A stretch of 64,000 bases of DNA from Vermamoeba vermiformis (Eukaryota): NCBI GenBank assembly GCA_045837725.1, contig JBEWZL010000163.1, positions 434,001 to 498,000 on the forward strand. Reading direction: 5' to 3'. Every line of letters begins with the position of its first letter. Positions within the stretch are counted from its first letter, which is position 1. Made by a program: the position numbers and the translations under genes. This document shows positions 12,802 to 27,425 of this stretch, one piece after another. The notes under the pieces were generated by a model, which was not told where the DNA came from, ran no database searches, and saw nothing but the letters and a program-made list of their open reading frames with translations.

Positions 12802-15533
12802 TTAGAAAGTTTGGGTGAAAGGAGAACCTTGGATGTTCTTGCCGTCCATCTTGACGTAGATCTTGTATTCACCGTGTTCAGTGAGCAAGTAGTTGACGAC
12901 GTAGAGACCATCACCATTGTCGTGGTATTCAAGAGGAACTTCAGCGGGACCTTCGATCTTGCAGTCGAACTTAACACCACCCTTGCTCATGTTGCCACCA
13001 CGCTTGTTCTTGGCGCGGATCTTGAATGAGAAGCCTTCGAGGCCAGAGGCATCAGCGTCGGCACCTTCTTCGATGTGGACCTTGTAGGGGGCCTTCTTGA
13101 TGGGGTGATCGGCGACGGTGGGAGTAATCTTGTACTCACCAGGACCGTCGGGAGTGTAGACAACACCGTAGGTACCGTCGTTGTTGTCGGTGAGGGTGTG
13201 AGGGATATCTTGACCTTGAGGGCCAACAACCTTGACGCCAACGGGGTCACCACCTTCCTTGATGTCGTCACCGTTGATGTCCTTGGCGACGATAGTGAAT
13301 TCGGCGGGCAAAGTGTCCTTGATTCCGTCGTGGAGACCAGGGCCGTGAGCGTAAGTGTTGGACAAGTCGGGGCTGGGCTTGATGAACAACTTGAAGGGTG
13401 AGTCCTTGATGTGATCGAAGTAAGCGGGGTTGGTAGCAGAGTGGCAAGTGACGTCGATGGTGTAGTCACCGGGCTTGAGGGGCACGTAAGTGACCAACAA
13501 GGTGCCGTCAGCTTGAGGCTCGAGCTTAGTGTCAACAGGTGAGTCATCTGGGGGATGAACAACAACTTCGAAGGGGTTCTTCGAGGGGATGGGGATCTTT
13601 TCACCGTTGCGGTTCTTGGCGACGACGGTGAAGTGAGTGGGGTTGGTGGTCTTGTTGCCAGACTCCAAACCAGGACCGTGAGCCTCGCAGTGGGCAGCGT
13701 CGGGCTCTTGCAAGTTCTTGATAACCTCAACGTTGTAAGGAGACTTGGCGCAGTGGTGGTTCTTCAAGGTGACTTCGACCTTGTGGGCACCAGAGTCGCG
13801 AGGCAAGTATTGGACGAAGTAAGTACCATCGCCGTTATCCTTGATTTGCTTCTCGACTTGATCACCGAAGGGACCGTGAACAGCGACGGCGTAGGGATCG
13901 CCACCGACGGGGACGGGCTTGTCGTACTTGTTCATGGAGGTGATGGTGAACTTGGCCCAGTTGCCAGTTTCGTTGCCAGGCTCAAGACCAGGACCCTCAA
14001 TGCGAACCTTGGATGGATCAGGCTCGGACTTCTCGATGACGGGGTGCCATGGGTTGCCAGCAATGGGCTTGTCTCTGAGCTTGATTTCAATCTTGTATTT
14101 GCCAGGAGTAGTGGGGTTGTAGGTAACTTGGTAGAGACCGTTGCCTTCGTCTTGAATTTCAGGCTTGATGTGTTCGTTACCGTTGGTGATAGAGATTTGG
14201 AAGGCATCACCACCGTGGTTAACACGCTCGTCGTAGACGTTGCGGGCCTCAACGGTGAAGTGGGCAGGCTCGTAAGTCAAACCCTTCTCCAAACCAGGAC
14301 CGTAGGCAATGCACTTCTCGGGAGCAGCGGTTCTGCGGAGCTCGGCTTCACGTTCGCGAGCCAAGTTCTTCTCGTCGTAGTCACGGAAGTATGAAATGTA
14401 AGTCATGATGGAAAGTTCGTCTTGCTCGTCAGCGACCATATCTTCGGGAGCAAGAATCTTGGGGATCTCCATATCAGTTTCGGCCTTATCAGTACCCAAA
14501 GTAGCGTTGTCCAAAGCATTGGCCTGTAGATAGATTATGTGAGTCAAAGTAACAAAGCGGCAGGCTGAATCACAAATTGGAGATTTTTTGTTTTAAAAAT
14601 TTAAAAATCGCATCTGTTATATTTCACTTACAGGGCTCAATTGCTTGGCGTTGGGGATAGTGCCAGGCTTCAAAACTTCGATCAACTCGCAGAGCGCGGT
14701 ACCGTCTTGCCAGCTAAGATAAAACCGATCAGCCATCCGAACGGAAATATTAGACCGTTACAAAAACTTTTCTAACTCACCTGGTAGTGAAGTTGGTGAC
14801 ACCCTTCTCGGGGATCTTGCTTTGAACCCATCGGAGCAAAGCGTCTCTGGCGGACTCATCGACAACTAATAATTAAAACTTGGTTTAGTAATCTACCGCA
14901 AAAAACAACAAAAATACACTGTATTTATCCTCTGCATGCGCTAATACTTACCACGTCCCTTTTGAATTTGGTAACGCAAAATGATAGTCCAAATGAGACC
15001 GAGAATGAGCTTGAGCTTAGGGTCGACAAGATCTTGATTTGGAAAAGATATTTTAGACTTGAAATATTGACAACAATCAAAGCTTGCTTACCTTCAGGAC
15101 CAATACCGACAAGCTTCAAACCCTCGCTTTGAACGAATCTAATAGCAGCAGAGCAGTTCTCCAACTTTTGAGCTCTGTGCTTGGGGTTTTTGTTGTAAGG
15201 AGGAAGTTGTTTTGCTGTAATTCAGAAATCGATGAATATAATGTCTTTTTGTCGTGCGATGTCAACAAGATTTTTACCTGAAATGATTTCAAGCAAAACG
15301 ATGAGGGGGATACCAGTCTGGAGATCCTCCATCAAATCATCAACCTTCATGGCACGCTTCTTCAAGAAAGCGTTCATCCATCGGGTGAAGGTCTGCGATG
15401 ATTGCGAAAATTAGTGCACGGTACGGACTAAAAATAAACCGTCGATCGACCGGGCCATATCGCGGTTTTATCAATTAAAACTCACTCTCTTTTGGATGTT
15501 AACCCACTCCGGGTAAGTCTGGGTGTCAGCCAT
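12802..15533 (-). CDS. Filamin / gelation factor (ABP120-like): two CH domains plus filamin Ig repeats
   Basis: N-terminal WVNIQKR|TFTRWMNAFL, CH2 motif DELSIMTYISYF, repeated AYGPGLE/GPGL...F.I...GGD...D.GDGTY.V.Y.P filamin repeats. Strong codon bias. Confidence 0.93.
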
Positions 15534-15727
15534 GGTAAAGCGCTTGAGAGAAAAAAAAAATAAGCTGAATTTTTGTCGCTCAAGATTTTTTGTGTCAATC
15601 TCGCGCCGTGACTTAATCCGTCAGTTAAGTCATGATTTCTGTGGTTGGAAAAAATCGACGGAGATTCTCGTTCAATTTTAAACACTGCAGGCCCCAATTA
15701 CTACAAAAAAGGTCAAGCAATTTCATC

Positions 15728-16753
15728 ATGGTAAGTGTTTGACATAATCTCGCGGGTAGCGCAGTATTTTTGCAATGGTGGTTGAACTTAATATTCGTTG
15801 TAGGGTAACGAGCAGAGTGTATCCGGTTTGAAGCTCATGGAGGGAGTATGTGGAGATGATATTATTATTTTATGGTATTGACCGGTTTGTAGATGTTCCC
15901 CACCGAGCAAAAAACTACCATCTTCAACGACCCCAAGTTGAAGCAAAAACTCGATAAAGAAATCGCCAAGGGCAAAATTAAGGCGGATATTCCCGAGGAT
16001 GAGGAGGCATTAGACCCCGATTTGGATTCCAGCATTGATAAATACGTTCGGGAAGCCTGGCAATATTACGACAAAAAGAATCAAGGATTTATTGAGAAGA
16101 AAGTTGCTTTGCAATTTTTCAAGGTATATCCTCGTCACAAAATAATTATTTGATAATATTTATCACATTTTCTGTGTAATAATTGATTATTGAAATTGAT
16201 TCTAAAAATTTGATTTTTGTCAGGATTCCTTGGAGCTTTATGCTATTCGAAGAGCCCAAAAAGTTAAGGATATTTTAGCTGAAGGTGTCAATATGAACAA
16301 GGCTTTGGAAGAGTCATATTTGAAGGTACGCCTTTACGAACGAAAATCTTTTTTCAATCGCTGCTGAAAATATCTTTGGTATTAATAAATTTTACTAACA
16401 CGTTATTTTTAAATCTACAGATGAGCAGAAATGGAGAGTAAGTGTCGAGCTTATGCCGATTTTCAGAAATTTGAATTCAAGGGAGTTTTTCGAGAGTGAC
16501 ACGCTGCGTGGAATACCGTGTCTCGACGCGTATTTTATTAACGATATTTTCCTTTAGAAAGCAAGTGAACTACAATGAATTCGAGGACTTTATCAACACC
16601 TATGACATTGATGAGGCTCTTGGCTCCATGCTCAACAAGAACGGTGTAGACATCGATATCAATCGTGTTCAATTCGTTGACGTTTCTCAAATGACCGGTC
16701 AAGCCAGGAAGGACGGACCTAAGCCTGTTTACCGTGACTACCCCACCGATTAA
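15728..16753 (+). CDS. Small N-myristoylated EF-hand-like protein (multi-exon)
   Basis: ATG|intron|GNEQS gives an MGNEQS myristoylation-type start. AWQYYDKKNQGFIEKKVALQFFK resembles an EF-hand. Stop at 16751-16753. Confidence 0.55.
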
Positions 16754-17238
16754 TCGTATTTATTGTTTCAAATTATAATTTTATATTATTTTTGTAAGCT
16801 CAAAAAAAATTGTAAAATACTCGCTCACGCAAGGGACTTCCCTCGATGGAGTAACGTGCATGTGCTTAAACCTACCCTTAGTGCATTATTTTGTTGTGTT
16901 GAAGCAAAGCTGAAGGTTTACTAATAGCGACGGCAGTTGAACAAAATCTTTTTCGGTTTTGTTGGATCCGCCAGTTGGTACTTGTTGTTGAGTAGATCTT
17001 ACGTTGGTTGTCTAAGAAGTGACACCTACGAATACAGGCGCGATACTCGGGTGATTTCCTCCCAGCCAAAAACGCCGTGGGAGGAAATTTTTTGACTGAA
17101 CAGCTCACTTTCTCATTTTCTGGTCAGTGACGACATTTCGCACGAGTTGGCCCACTATTCGTGCTCGTTTAGCCGCAACTTGTTTATCCACATTCGAAAT
17201 CAGAAGCAAATAAAGACAAATAGAGAACAAGTCAAAAC

Positions 17239-20200
17239 ATGGATGCGAATCAACTTCAGTCGATCTGCGCAGCTTTGCAACAAACCTTTGGCAATGTGAC
17301 CATGGAGCAACGTACTGCGGCTACCAACTTCTTAAATAATGTAAATTGCAATATAATTGTGTTAATTGAATAATTCTTTAACGATCGCATCCAGATCTCC
17401 TCGAGTCAACCGGGTTACGGTCTTGCCCTTTTTCAAATCGCCACAAATGATAAGATTGGCATGGATATTAGACAATCAGCGGCAATTTATCTTAAGAATT
17501 TGGCAATGACTCACTGGCATAGAGTGGATGGAGCACTTCCTCTGCTTGAGCAAGAAAAACATACTATTAGAGGAAGCATTTTGGAAGCTATGATGCATTC
17601 TCCGACATTAATCAGGTATTTTCATTTGTTTCTAAGCCTAAATTATTTTTTTTATTTTAAATCCAAGGTCGATCGAATCCCGACGATCCAACCTAAACCT
17701 TCTCAATTGTGGCTATTTCCTTAGAATATCCCACCAAATAATTTATTAACACTATTTACTGAATAGATTACAAGTTGGAGAGCTTCTAACGATCGTATTG
17801 CGTTATGACTTCCCCGATAAAATGCAGGATTTGGTCGACCAATGCCTTCAAGGCCTCCTTTCGAAGGATAATAACAAAATTATTGGATCATTGAATACTT
17901 TGAGAATTATTTTCAAGAAATACGAGTAAGTTCACCGACATTAACTTTCAGATCCAGATCGCACTTTTTGTTTATGATCGGTTAATCTTGATTATCGAGA
18001 ATGATTGACGATTAACGTGCCAAACATTATAGATTTATTTCTTTGGATAATATTGAGAAGAGAGGACAGCTTTCAACTATCACAAACCAAACTTTTCCAG
18101 TCTTGCACCAAATCCTCGAGTTCCTCTTGGGTTTTGACAACAACGAGGCTGGTGAATTGATCGTGCTCATTACTAAGATATTCTGGTCGTGCACACAGGT
18201 ACGTTTGATGTTTTATAATTTGATCTTGATCGTGGATCCGATCTGATCGGAACTTTCTTTTCAGTTTGGAGTTCCCCAATACTTCGATAGCGGAGATAAG
18301 GTCTCCGTATGGGCCTTAACGTTCATTAAAGTGCTCGAAAAGAAGATTGTCGTCCCTGGTGCTCGAACTCCAGTCGATCTCGAAAAGAATCCGTGGTGGG
18401 TCGCAAAGAAATGGGTCACTCACGCTTTCAACAAATTGTTGTTAAGGTAACGTAATTTAGCAGTATAGGGGCATGTTTTAGCGGCACTAAGGTTTTTTGA
18501 AAACGTTTATGTTCATGAACAGCATCCGCGAATAATATTTAGCCTTTCATGACGAGTGCAATAGCTCAGCATATCAAAATGCGTCTTAACAATACTAACG
18601 CAATGAATTTAGATTTTCGCACGCTAAGATGCTCAAGAGCGACAGCCAAAAGCGAGTTGCAGGCTTCTTTATGGAGAACCTCGCTGTTAAGCTGATGGAG
18701 ACTCAGCTCAATGTCCTTGGCTCCATTCGTAGAGGAGAGATGGTTACTGAAAGAGTTGCTGCCTTGTCGTTGAATTATTTGATTTTATGGTATGTTTTTT
18801 TGCTCGATCTGATTTTTTGAATTTCATCATTTTCGTAATCTTTTTAATGAAATTTGTTTGCTTGAGGACCCGGCAACTTATTAATTCATTTTAGCATTAC
18901 TCAATCAGCTACTTGGCTCAAGTTGAAGCCCCACGTCGACTTCATCATTCAAGAGATCATGTTCCCGATCTTGTGTCTGTATGACTACGATTTGGAGTGC
19001 TTCGTCGAAGACCCTGCCGAGTATATGAGAAGACAATACAGTAAGTTGATAGATTTGGAGAAAATATTTAATTGCCCGGATTTGGTCCTATTGTCCGAGC
19101 GTGATCGTTCGCTTAATTAATCGCGTCAATCCATCCAATTCTTTAAACTAATGACTTACCTTCTCAGACGAAATCGCCAGCATGTTCAGCATCAGAGTCG
19201 GCGTGTTCAGCTTCTTGGTTGAAGTTGTTAAACACCGTGGCGACCAGTTCTTGCTTAACTTGATGAACTTCCTTGTACATAACGTCCTCAGCAAGTAAGT
19301 AACATACCATTGCGATTTTTTTTTGATTTACCACTACACAAAACGTCTACTCGACCGTTTCTTGGTTGTGTGGATCTCTTCAGTATGAAAGTCGATAAAA
19401 TTTGACGGTTGTAAATTCAACACAAAAACTGGTTTACGGGAGATTCGTACTCGTATACTTTAGTCACGCGCCATGTGACGGTTTCTAATTTTAACATTAC
19501 GGAATTTCTTTTGATTTTCATATTTTATGTGGTGACCGGAGATTTTGTCGATGAACCACCATCGCTAATTCCGTATTCTCCGATCGATCATTGCTATCTC
19601 ATGATGTTGACGCACTTTATTTAGGTACTGCAGCGCTCCGGTCGATCAACGCGATGTGAAGGCTAAGTTTGGTTGCATGTTGATCCTCACTGCCTTGGCC
19701 ACTACGCTCAAGAATCACCCTTCATTCAAGCCTGGACTTGAAGATATGATGGTCATTCATATCCTTCCTGAGCTCCAGAACCCTAATCCTTTGTTGCGCT
19801 CCAAGGTATGTTTGCCGTTACGGATAATGTCAATTTGTCCATGATTCAGTTTGTGAATTGTTGATTTAACGCGTTAATTGTAGGCCTGCGTCGTCTTCGG
19901 TGCCTACTGCAACATGGAGTTCAAGAACCCTCAGAACTTTATGGTTGGTCTCGAGGGTGTCCTGAACTCTCTCAAGGGAGCCGAGTTGTCTCTCAGACTT
20001 GAAGCCGCTAGTGTGTTAAAGCGCTTGCTTAAGACTAAGGCCGCTAAAGGACCCATCGGTCAAGTCGTTCCTCAATTGTTGGAAGGTTCGTACTGGATCG
20101 CATCTGAAATCTGCAACACGTGACTAACTCTTCCTGTGTTTAGTATTGTTGCAACTTATGGACGAGATCGACAATGAAGGTCTCTTGAAGTCATTGGAGC

Positions 20201-23200
20201 TGTTCGTTGATCGTTTCCCTGAACAAACTGCCCAGTACTCTGTTGGTGTGGCTGATAAACTTGTAAGATCCGCTCGTGAGATGCTGCGCGACTTAGACTA
20301 ACCATGGATTGTAGGCACAAACCTTCGTTCGTTTGATCGTCGAAGAGCGTAATACTCCTATTGAAAACGACGAAGAGCGAGAAAACATGGCCAGAACTCA
20401 ATTCAATTGCATTGAGGTAAGTTTCGTACTGGTGATTTGTAGAGTACAGCGTACTAATGGGTGACTGTCTATAGGCATTGTTGACCATCCTCGACATTAC
20501 ACAAGACCACCCTGACATCTACCGCCAACTTGAGCCTATTTATATGAAGGTCTTGGCTATCGGCATCAACGAAGATTCACTAGGTAACACGGATCCAAGT
20601 TTTGTCGCTTGAAACTTTGTCTCATTATTTTTATTAGAATTCATGGATAATATGATTAAGATTGCAATCTACTTCACATATTACTCCGAAAAGATTTCAG
20701 ACCAAATGTGGGGCACGTTCGACGTGTTCTACCAAGCTTTTATGACCTACGCGGCTGACTTCATGCCCGACTTCTTGAACTACTACGACAATGTCATTAC
20801 AAAGGATACGGCAACATTCTTTGCTCGAAACAAACTTGAAATGGTGTTTAATATGTACAGTAAGGTAAGTACAACTACACCTAACATTACCGCTTCGTGT
20901 TTTTCGCGATCTGACAAAATTACCCATAGTTGGTTTCCGAGCCAAAGTCTCCCGATGCCGATTCTGCCTCTGCTTGCCAATTGGCTGAAATCGTTATTTT
21001 GAACTCAAAGTAAGTCCACTAATGGGAGCTAAGAGTTCCTGTCGATCTGAGTATTAAGTTTTTCTCTTTTAGGATGAAGTTCCCCAATGCACTGGACAAC
21101 ATTCTTCCTGCCTTTTTGGACATTGCCGTCAACAGATTGAACAGCGAAGTCAAGAGCGCTGCACTCAAAGTCGTTCTTATTGAAGTTGTAAGTATCGGGT
21201 TAGATCCACTGTGTTTCGGATCCTACTTGGTCAATGTATTACAGAGACGTCGACAGGACTAACGCGCTTCATTTGTGTAGTTCACCAACTCTTTGTTCTA
21301 CAACCCAGCTTTGACTTTGGCTTACACCGAAAGCAAAGGTTGGACCAATGCCCTGTTTGCCAAATGGTTCGAGCTCCTCCAAGGAGAGTTTAAGAGGTAC
21401 GTGCCATTGTCAAGCGATTTGCTTCTTCGGATCTGTGGTGTTTCAGTTCGGCAAAGTTGTCTCGCTAACAGATTCGCAAGAATTGTTTTTACACCGACAT
21501 TACACTTCACAAAAACTTGCAAAGCAAGCAACATTATATTAATGATATATTCTAATCTTAATAACCTCTACGATCTAACTCTGAACTCTACTTCGCCGAG
21601 TTGCCATTAACGGATTCGCTGCAGGTTACACGATAAGCGATTATCGATCTTGGCTATTGGAGCTCTCTTGCAAATGAACTTCGCTCAAATCCCCGAGGCC
21701 ATCCGTGCTCAATTCAGAAACATTATTGTTGCAGCCTTCCAAGTGCTGGACGACTGTGCTCGAACGCGTAAAGGTAAGATCGCACCTCGATCCAAGATAT
21801 TTTGTGTGGCGCAGTCACACCGTTTAGCATGATCGAAATCACAACCTAATACTGGTTAATTTTCTTTTGGAATCGGTCTTGCTAGCCGAAGCTAAATCGA
21901 CATGCGATTTGAACGAATTTTAATGAATTTATTCCGAGTCAACGCTTTGCCAAACGGCAAGAGTGTGAAATCTGACTCAGGCAATGAGCTACAGCGGTCG
22001 CTCTTTTAACAATATATACACATATATCTGATTAATACCGTGTTGCTATTGCCATGAGTATAGGTGCTCGTTGACGGGTGATCCGGAAGCGGCACATTGA
22101 AACGCCATGAAATTTCTTTTAGTATGCTGGGCATTTATATATCAGTTCTCTATATTATCTCCCAAGAATTGCCGTAAAATTGGAATATGACAAATACGCT
22201 TGTTGCATCGGTTTGTTTCATTATTGAATCCAGCTTCAAGCAGATGCGTTGCATCTGAAACGACTTTTATGCGACATGCAAAAATAGCTCAAACTGCTTT
22301 TGTTACTGACAGTAATGTGGAAGGGTTTTTCACCGTACGCACTTTCCACTCTTCAATCTATGTGACTTTATACTGATGACTTTTCCCCATCTAACGCTAC
22401 TTTTTTGAATAGCAATCGATGCTCAACTCGAAGAAGAAGAGAGTGGCGATGAAGATGATGAAGAAGAAGACGGAGGCGACTCTTCATTGGACGAGGAAGA
22501 TTTGAACAACATTGACATTGATGAAGGTAAGCCGATCTCGGATTTTATATTGTTTTCTCGCCTTTTCCTTACTGAGACATCCTCATACTTCCTTTGCGAA
22601 TTGAAAGTATACCACTGCAAATTACGGCATTAAGATTAAATAGACGCACGAAAGCTCGTCGCGATGCACGCGGTAGATTCGTTTTTTTGACCGAGTTTCA
22701 AAATTAGCAAAGTTTGAGGAAGTAGTGTATAGAAATCTCTTTGAATAGTACTTTGAAATTCATATGAAATTGAGCACGTTATTTCCGGAAATTAGTACAA
22801 ATTGGTGTACTGATTCGCGCAAAGAAATCAAAAAATTTTTGTGTTGGATCGCGCGATTGGTCAAAACTCTACGAATTCAAAGTACAAGTTTTCTTCATGT
22901 TATCTTTACTACTTTTTTCTTGTGTCTGGTTACCTCCAAATTTAATGCGGCAAATTTTCTGGTTAGTTACTTGACGATAAGATTTCGTCGGTATTCGCGA
23001 TCGACCGGATGTGCCTTTGCGATTGAGTTTGGGCTGTAATCCATACTATTATCTTAAAAACAAGAAGTTTATCCTCGTTGAAATCCAACAGTTCGGTATT
23101 TCCAAGTCCGCTGTTTTTTTGAACTTGAGTTTTGGTTTCGTTTCTGGATCGGCTATTTTCAATTTAAATGAGTCTATTGTTATATTCGCCTATTATAGTA

Positions 23201-24026
23201 CTCCCTATTTATATCTCGGTTACTAATCTTGCATTCGCGTTTAGATAGCGTCGAAGAGGACGGCGGAGACGCGAACAATGAAAACGGCCCTGTGGACGAC
23301 TCGCAAGACGTTAATGTCAACTACGACGATATCGCTGAAAAGGTATGTATTGTTAGAACAACATTAGGGGCATGTTGCACGTCGGAGGTATTCCTACGAA
23401 GGAAGAACCACATCCGGATGCGGATGCACCAAAATTTTCAGCGAATTAGAATTGGATCATACCTATGCAAGTTTATTACGCATAGTGATATATTCGGGTG
23501 TAATTACGCACGTCCAAGTATCAAGTTTCGATTCTCAGCATATATAAGGCAAAGCGGTACTGGGACAATTCCGCCGCTTTGAAATATGCTGTCATGCTAT
23601 GTATACTAACTCTTTGCGATAGATTAAGCAATTCTATGCTGACGCTGATGAACGCGACGCATTTTTATTGGAAGAAGAAGAAGACTGGAGTTCTGTGGTC
23701 GATCCAATCGACGAAACCATTTACTTCATTGAAAGCATGCAAGGTACGACTATAGATGCATATATACTTCAAGGAATCTATTCTCGATAATCAAATTACA
23801 ATGAAATTCGCAAAAAATTCGTTCGCGTACTGACACGGATGTACCTCCAATTATAGCTTTCGCGCAACGCGAGCCTCAAGCTTGTCAAGCCTTGATGCAA
23901 TCGTTGCCTCCTAATGAACAAGCCAAGTTCCAAGAGTTAGTACAAAGGGCAGAGACTCGTCGCGCAGAACTCGCTGAAGAAAAGCGATTGGAGGAAGAAG
24001 AGGCCGCTAAAAAGTTGCGCAAGTAA
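17239..24026 (+). CDS. IPO7: Importin-7/8 (Nmd5/SAD2-like importin-beta family)
   Basis: IBN_N motif IRQSAAIYLKN, PWWVAKKW, FVEDPAEYMRR, LFYNPALTL, LHDKRLSILAI and an acidic C-terminal region, spread over many exons. Confidence 0.88.
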
Positions 24027-24759
24027 GGTCCACTTAATTACTATAGAAATACTTTGCTTAGCTTGATGTCGCTGACTTATAACGAGTCGACGAGATCAAG
24101 CGACAAATTTCTATTTTTTGTGGATCGCCTAATAATAAGCAGAAACGAATAAAACAAAAAGATAATTTTCGGTAAGCATTATCTTTGGTAAAAAGAGTAT
24201 GATTCACCCGCAGCCTGTAGTCGTTGCAGTAGTAGATGCAGCTCTTCGCTCGTCGGAGAAAAGCAATCGAACTGCTAAACGAAATGCATGGTGCGAATCT
24301 TTACGAAGACAGGTGCTAAAGATAAATGCTTGGGATCGTATATTCGCGGTGCCTAAAGAAAGATAAGGACCCTATGAAGCGCGTCCGCGAAGAGATCCAG
24401 ATCTACGCAGAGCTAAAGATAGGACCCAAAAAACAAACGTTGCTTGGGTCACGTAAGTCGAGGTAGATCTCCGAGAACGTTTCATCACAAGATTGCGCGT
24501 GTGTTTTTTCCGGTTGCAATTGTGTTCAATCAGCCTTGTGATCCGTTTGAATTTTAACGGAAAATTCTGACTTTTGTTTTTACTTGCTTAAAAGGAATAT
24601 TGTTACACACCTCTTGGCCAAAAATATTTAATGCTCGGTTCAAAATATTCAGTTTTGTAATCCTTTGCTTTAGCAAGACCACGAGTTAACTAATTGGATC
24701 TGACTTTGAATTTAATCTTCGAGTCCGATCTCTTTAACAAACAACAGTATCATTACCTT

Positions 24760-25949
24760 ATGAACACAACAATGCAAGCTCAATTCCCCATGGAAGGCAC
24801 TCAAGGGTTTGCTGACCCCAGCTTCGCTGCTTTCTCAATGCAACAACCATGGCTCAAGTAAGTCTCGATCTGCTTAGATCTTTGCTTTATCGATACCACA
24901 GCTTATTCTCGGTACTTGATCCGGTGCATCGAAGTGGTCTGAAATTAGTTTCGTTATATAGGAAAATGAGATTTCTCCTTTTTTTTGTGTTTTTAATGTC
25001 CGGATGTGGCTTTGTCTAATAGTACAAATTAGGGGTCAATCTTCTATTCAAAACTTGATTGCTGCTCGCTCACAACAACCCGCTACTATGGCATCGCCTA
25101 ACTCTCCTCCCGCCGGAGTTCATAACCCGAACAGTCCTACGATGCACGCCTTGAATGCTATGAGCGGCATGAACCCTATGGAACAGAACCAATCTAATAT
25201 GGCTCGCGCTCCTTCTCCTACTCACGCCTTCGGTGGCAAATTCAACTTCAACCAAGCTGAGATCCACAGTGGCGACGATAGCGATGAAGTCGACGAGAGC
25301 TCTGGCGAGAAAGCTCTTGCTAACAGAGACGATATTAGCGATGATGGAAAGAAGCAATTGAGTCTCCCAGCAAAGGTAAGATTTTTATTGCAAATCCGCG
25401 AACTAGAATTCAATTTTCCTTTCCTATTTTCTCAACCACGGCACGAGGCTAAGCGATTTTTACAGAACGGCGAGAATGGTACTAGATACTTGGACATCAC
25501 TGAACACTTGAACTTGCCTCAAGCTGAGGCCGCTAAAAAGCTCGGCATTCCTACATCCACACTCAGCAAGCGCTGGAAAGAGGCTGTCCGCAATCGCAAG
25601 TGGCCTTACAGGTTAGTACATGATTGTCAGTATTCTAGGCGAATTTCAGAATCATTATTTGAAGCGGTATCAACCCTTTTCTTATCCTTAAATGGCAAGC
25701 GCCTATTTTTGCTTCAAATTTCGGTCGTTTGGTTTGCGATTCAAAAACATTTTCCTAATTCAAGCAATGTACTAACCGACGATATTCAATAGGGCAATTT
25801 GCAAGCTCGACAAAGAAATCATGACTTTGTTACACAACATTCCTCAAGGACCAGATGCCGCTCCTTTACCCGAGGACATTGAAACTACCTTGGGCTACTT
25901 GCTGCGAAAGCGCCAAGAAGAGCTTAAGCCCGTCGTTATTCGACTTTAA
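24760..25949 (+). CDS. RWP-RK domain transcription factor
   Basis: LDITEHLNLPQAEAAKKLGIPTSTLSKRWKEAVRNRKWPYR|AICKLDKEI is the RWP-RK signature; low-complexity N-terminus. Confidence 0.88.
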
Positions 25950-26435
25950 GACGCTTCTTTCTAGCTATTATCGTTAGATCGAAGATCTTATTTTTGGATC
26001 CCCCCTTAAGCCAACCATGTTACCTATTTAATTAACCCTTCAGTATGGGCCTTCGCGTTTTCTTTTGCCGAGATGTAAATATGTTTAATTTTGTAAATTA
26101 TTGTATGGAAAGTCCGAAAGGTCCCCACTGAGCCTTTTTGTATATAATAATACCTATATGAATAAAATGACTTAAACGATCCGACGCACTTTATATTCAT
26201 TAAAATTCTATTGAGATTGACAGTGACTGTCACAGCAAAAGTACGATCGCATCCCTTTTGACATTTGCGTCGTTTATCTTCAGTGCTATTGCGCGTTACA
26301 TTACAGAAATATACAGCACGTACTATTTTTCCGTCAAGCGAACTCAGTTAGGCACAGTTTAGTTATGGTAATACAGCACGAACAGATCGAACAACCAGAT
26401 AGATTTACACGAGCATACAACAATAACATACGATT

Positions 26436-27425
26436 ATGAGCGACAATACGACCAAAGATGAGAGATTGAAGCGTATTTTGGAGTTAAAAAGCAAAAGCGA
26501 CAAGATCACAAAGAGTTTGAAGATCAAGGGCGAACAAGAAACAAGGAAGCAGAATTTAATTTTAAAAAACGGTAAATATATAGTAAACCTATATTTAATC
26601 GGATTTATAGTTATTCGCGTGCTAGTATCATTCGTGAAATATTTCAATTATTTTTCCTGAGCTTGTATAAATTTGATGAAACGATATTTTATGAATTTGA
26701 CCATTATAAATCGTATACTTATACAAATAGTGCCTTTTTAACATTAAATTCTTTTTTGAGTGCTGTACGATTCAGACGAGAAACAGCGACGCGAACTCTC
26801 AGCGGAATTGAAAGATAAAACCAAACTGAACAATATAATTCGCTCAATGGATAATGACAATACAAATAGTGCGGTTAAGAATAAGCTGGCCCAGTCAGAA
26901 TCTGATCTGAAGAAACAAAAAGAGATAGAGGAGTTGCAACCCTACCTAAAACCGGAACTGCAATTTGAACTTGACGAAGATATCAACTACAAGGTAATTA
27001 TATCAATATTTGTTCCTTGCGGTTGAGGGCTGGACTAAAGCGTCTCCGCAGAGACAGATGGAGCTTCGGATCGATAAAGAAATTAGCCGTGGGAATTTCG
27101 AGCGAGCAAATGAACTCAGCGATAAGTTAGCAAATGCATTAAAGGAACGAGGTACATATTTCCGATTGTGCAAAAAAAATCTCAAAAACACCCGGATCTG
27201 ACTCACTTTTATTACCCGCAGAAATTAACGCGGCTAAAGCACGCAAGGAATATGCCGAAAAAATTAAAGAGGACGAAGAAAGGAAACAAAAAAAGCCGAA
27301 ATTGCAATGGACGTATGTAGCTATACCGAGAATAAGTGTGCTCAACTGCGGATCTAACGCGGATCCTTTTCCTCAACTGCAGTTTCGAAACAAAACAGCG
27401 ATGGGAGACTAAAGGCAACATGTAG
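26436..27425 (+). CDS. FAM204A-like protein
   Basis: LRIDKEISRGNFERANELSDKL and C-terminal KKPKLQWT|FETKQRWETKGNM resemble the conserved FAM204A C-terminus. Confidence 0.75.

Noticed and set aside
12811-14394. Long antisense and alternative-frame ORFs over filamin (e.g. 13555-14394 +, 12987-13730 -)
   Set aside because: Shadows of strong codon bias in a highly expressed gene; no independent motifs.
16124-16135. GTATATCCT donor as a second U12 intron
   Set aside because: Does not match GTATCCTT in register and has no U12 branch site; ordinary GT-AG intron.
24310-24450. Short repeats (CTAAAGATA / GGACCC / TGCTTGGG) upstream of the RWP-RK gene as a CRISPR-like or tandem array
   Set aside because: Only 2-3 degenerate, irregularly spaced copies; at most promoter motifs.
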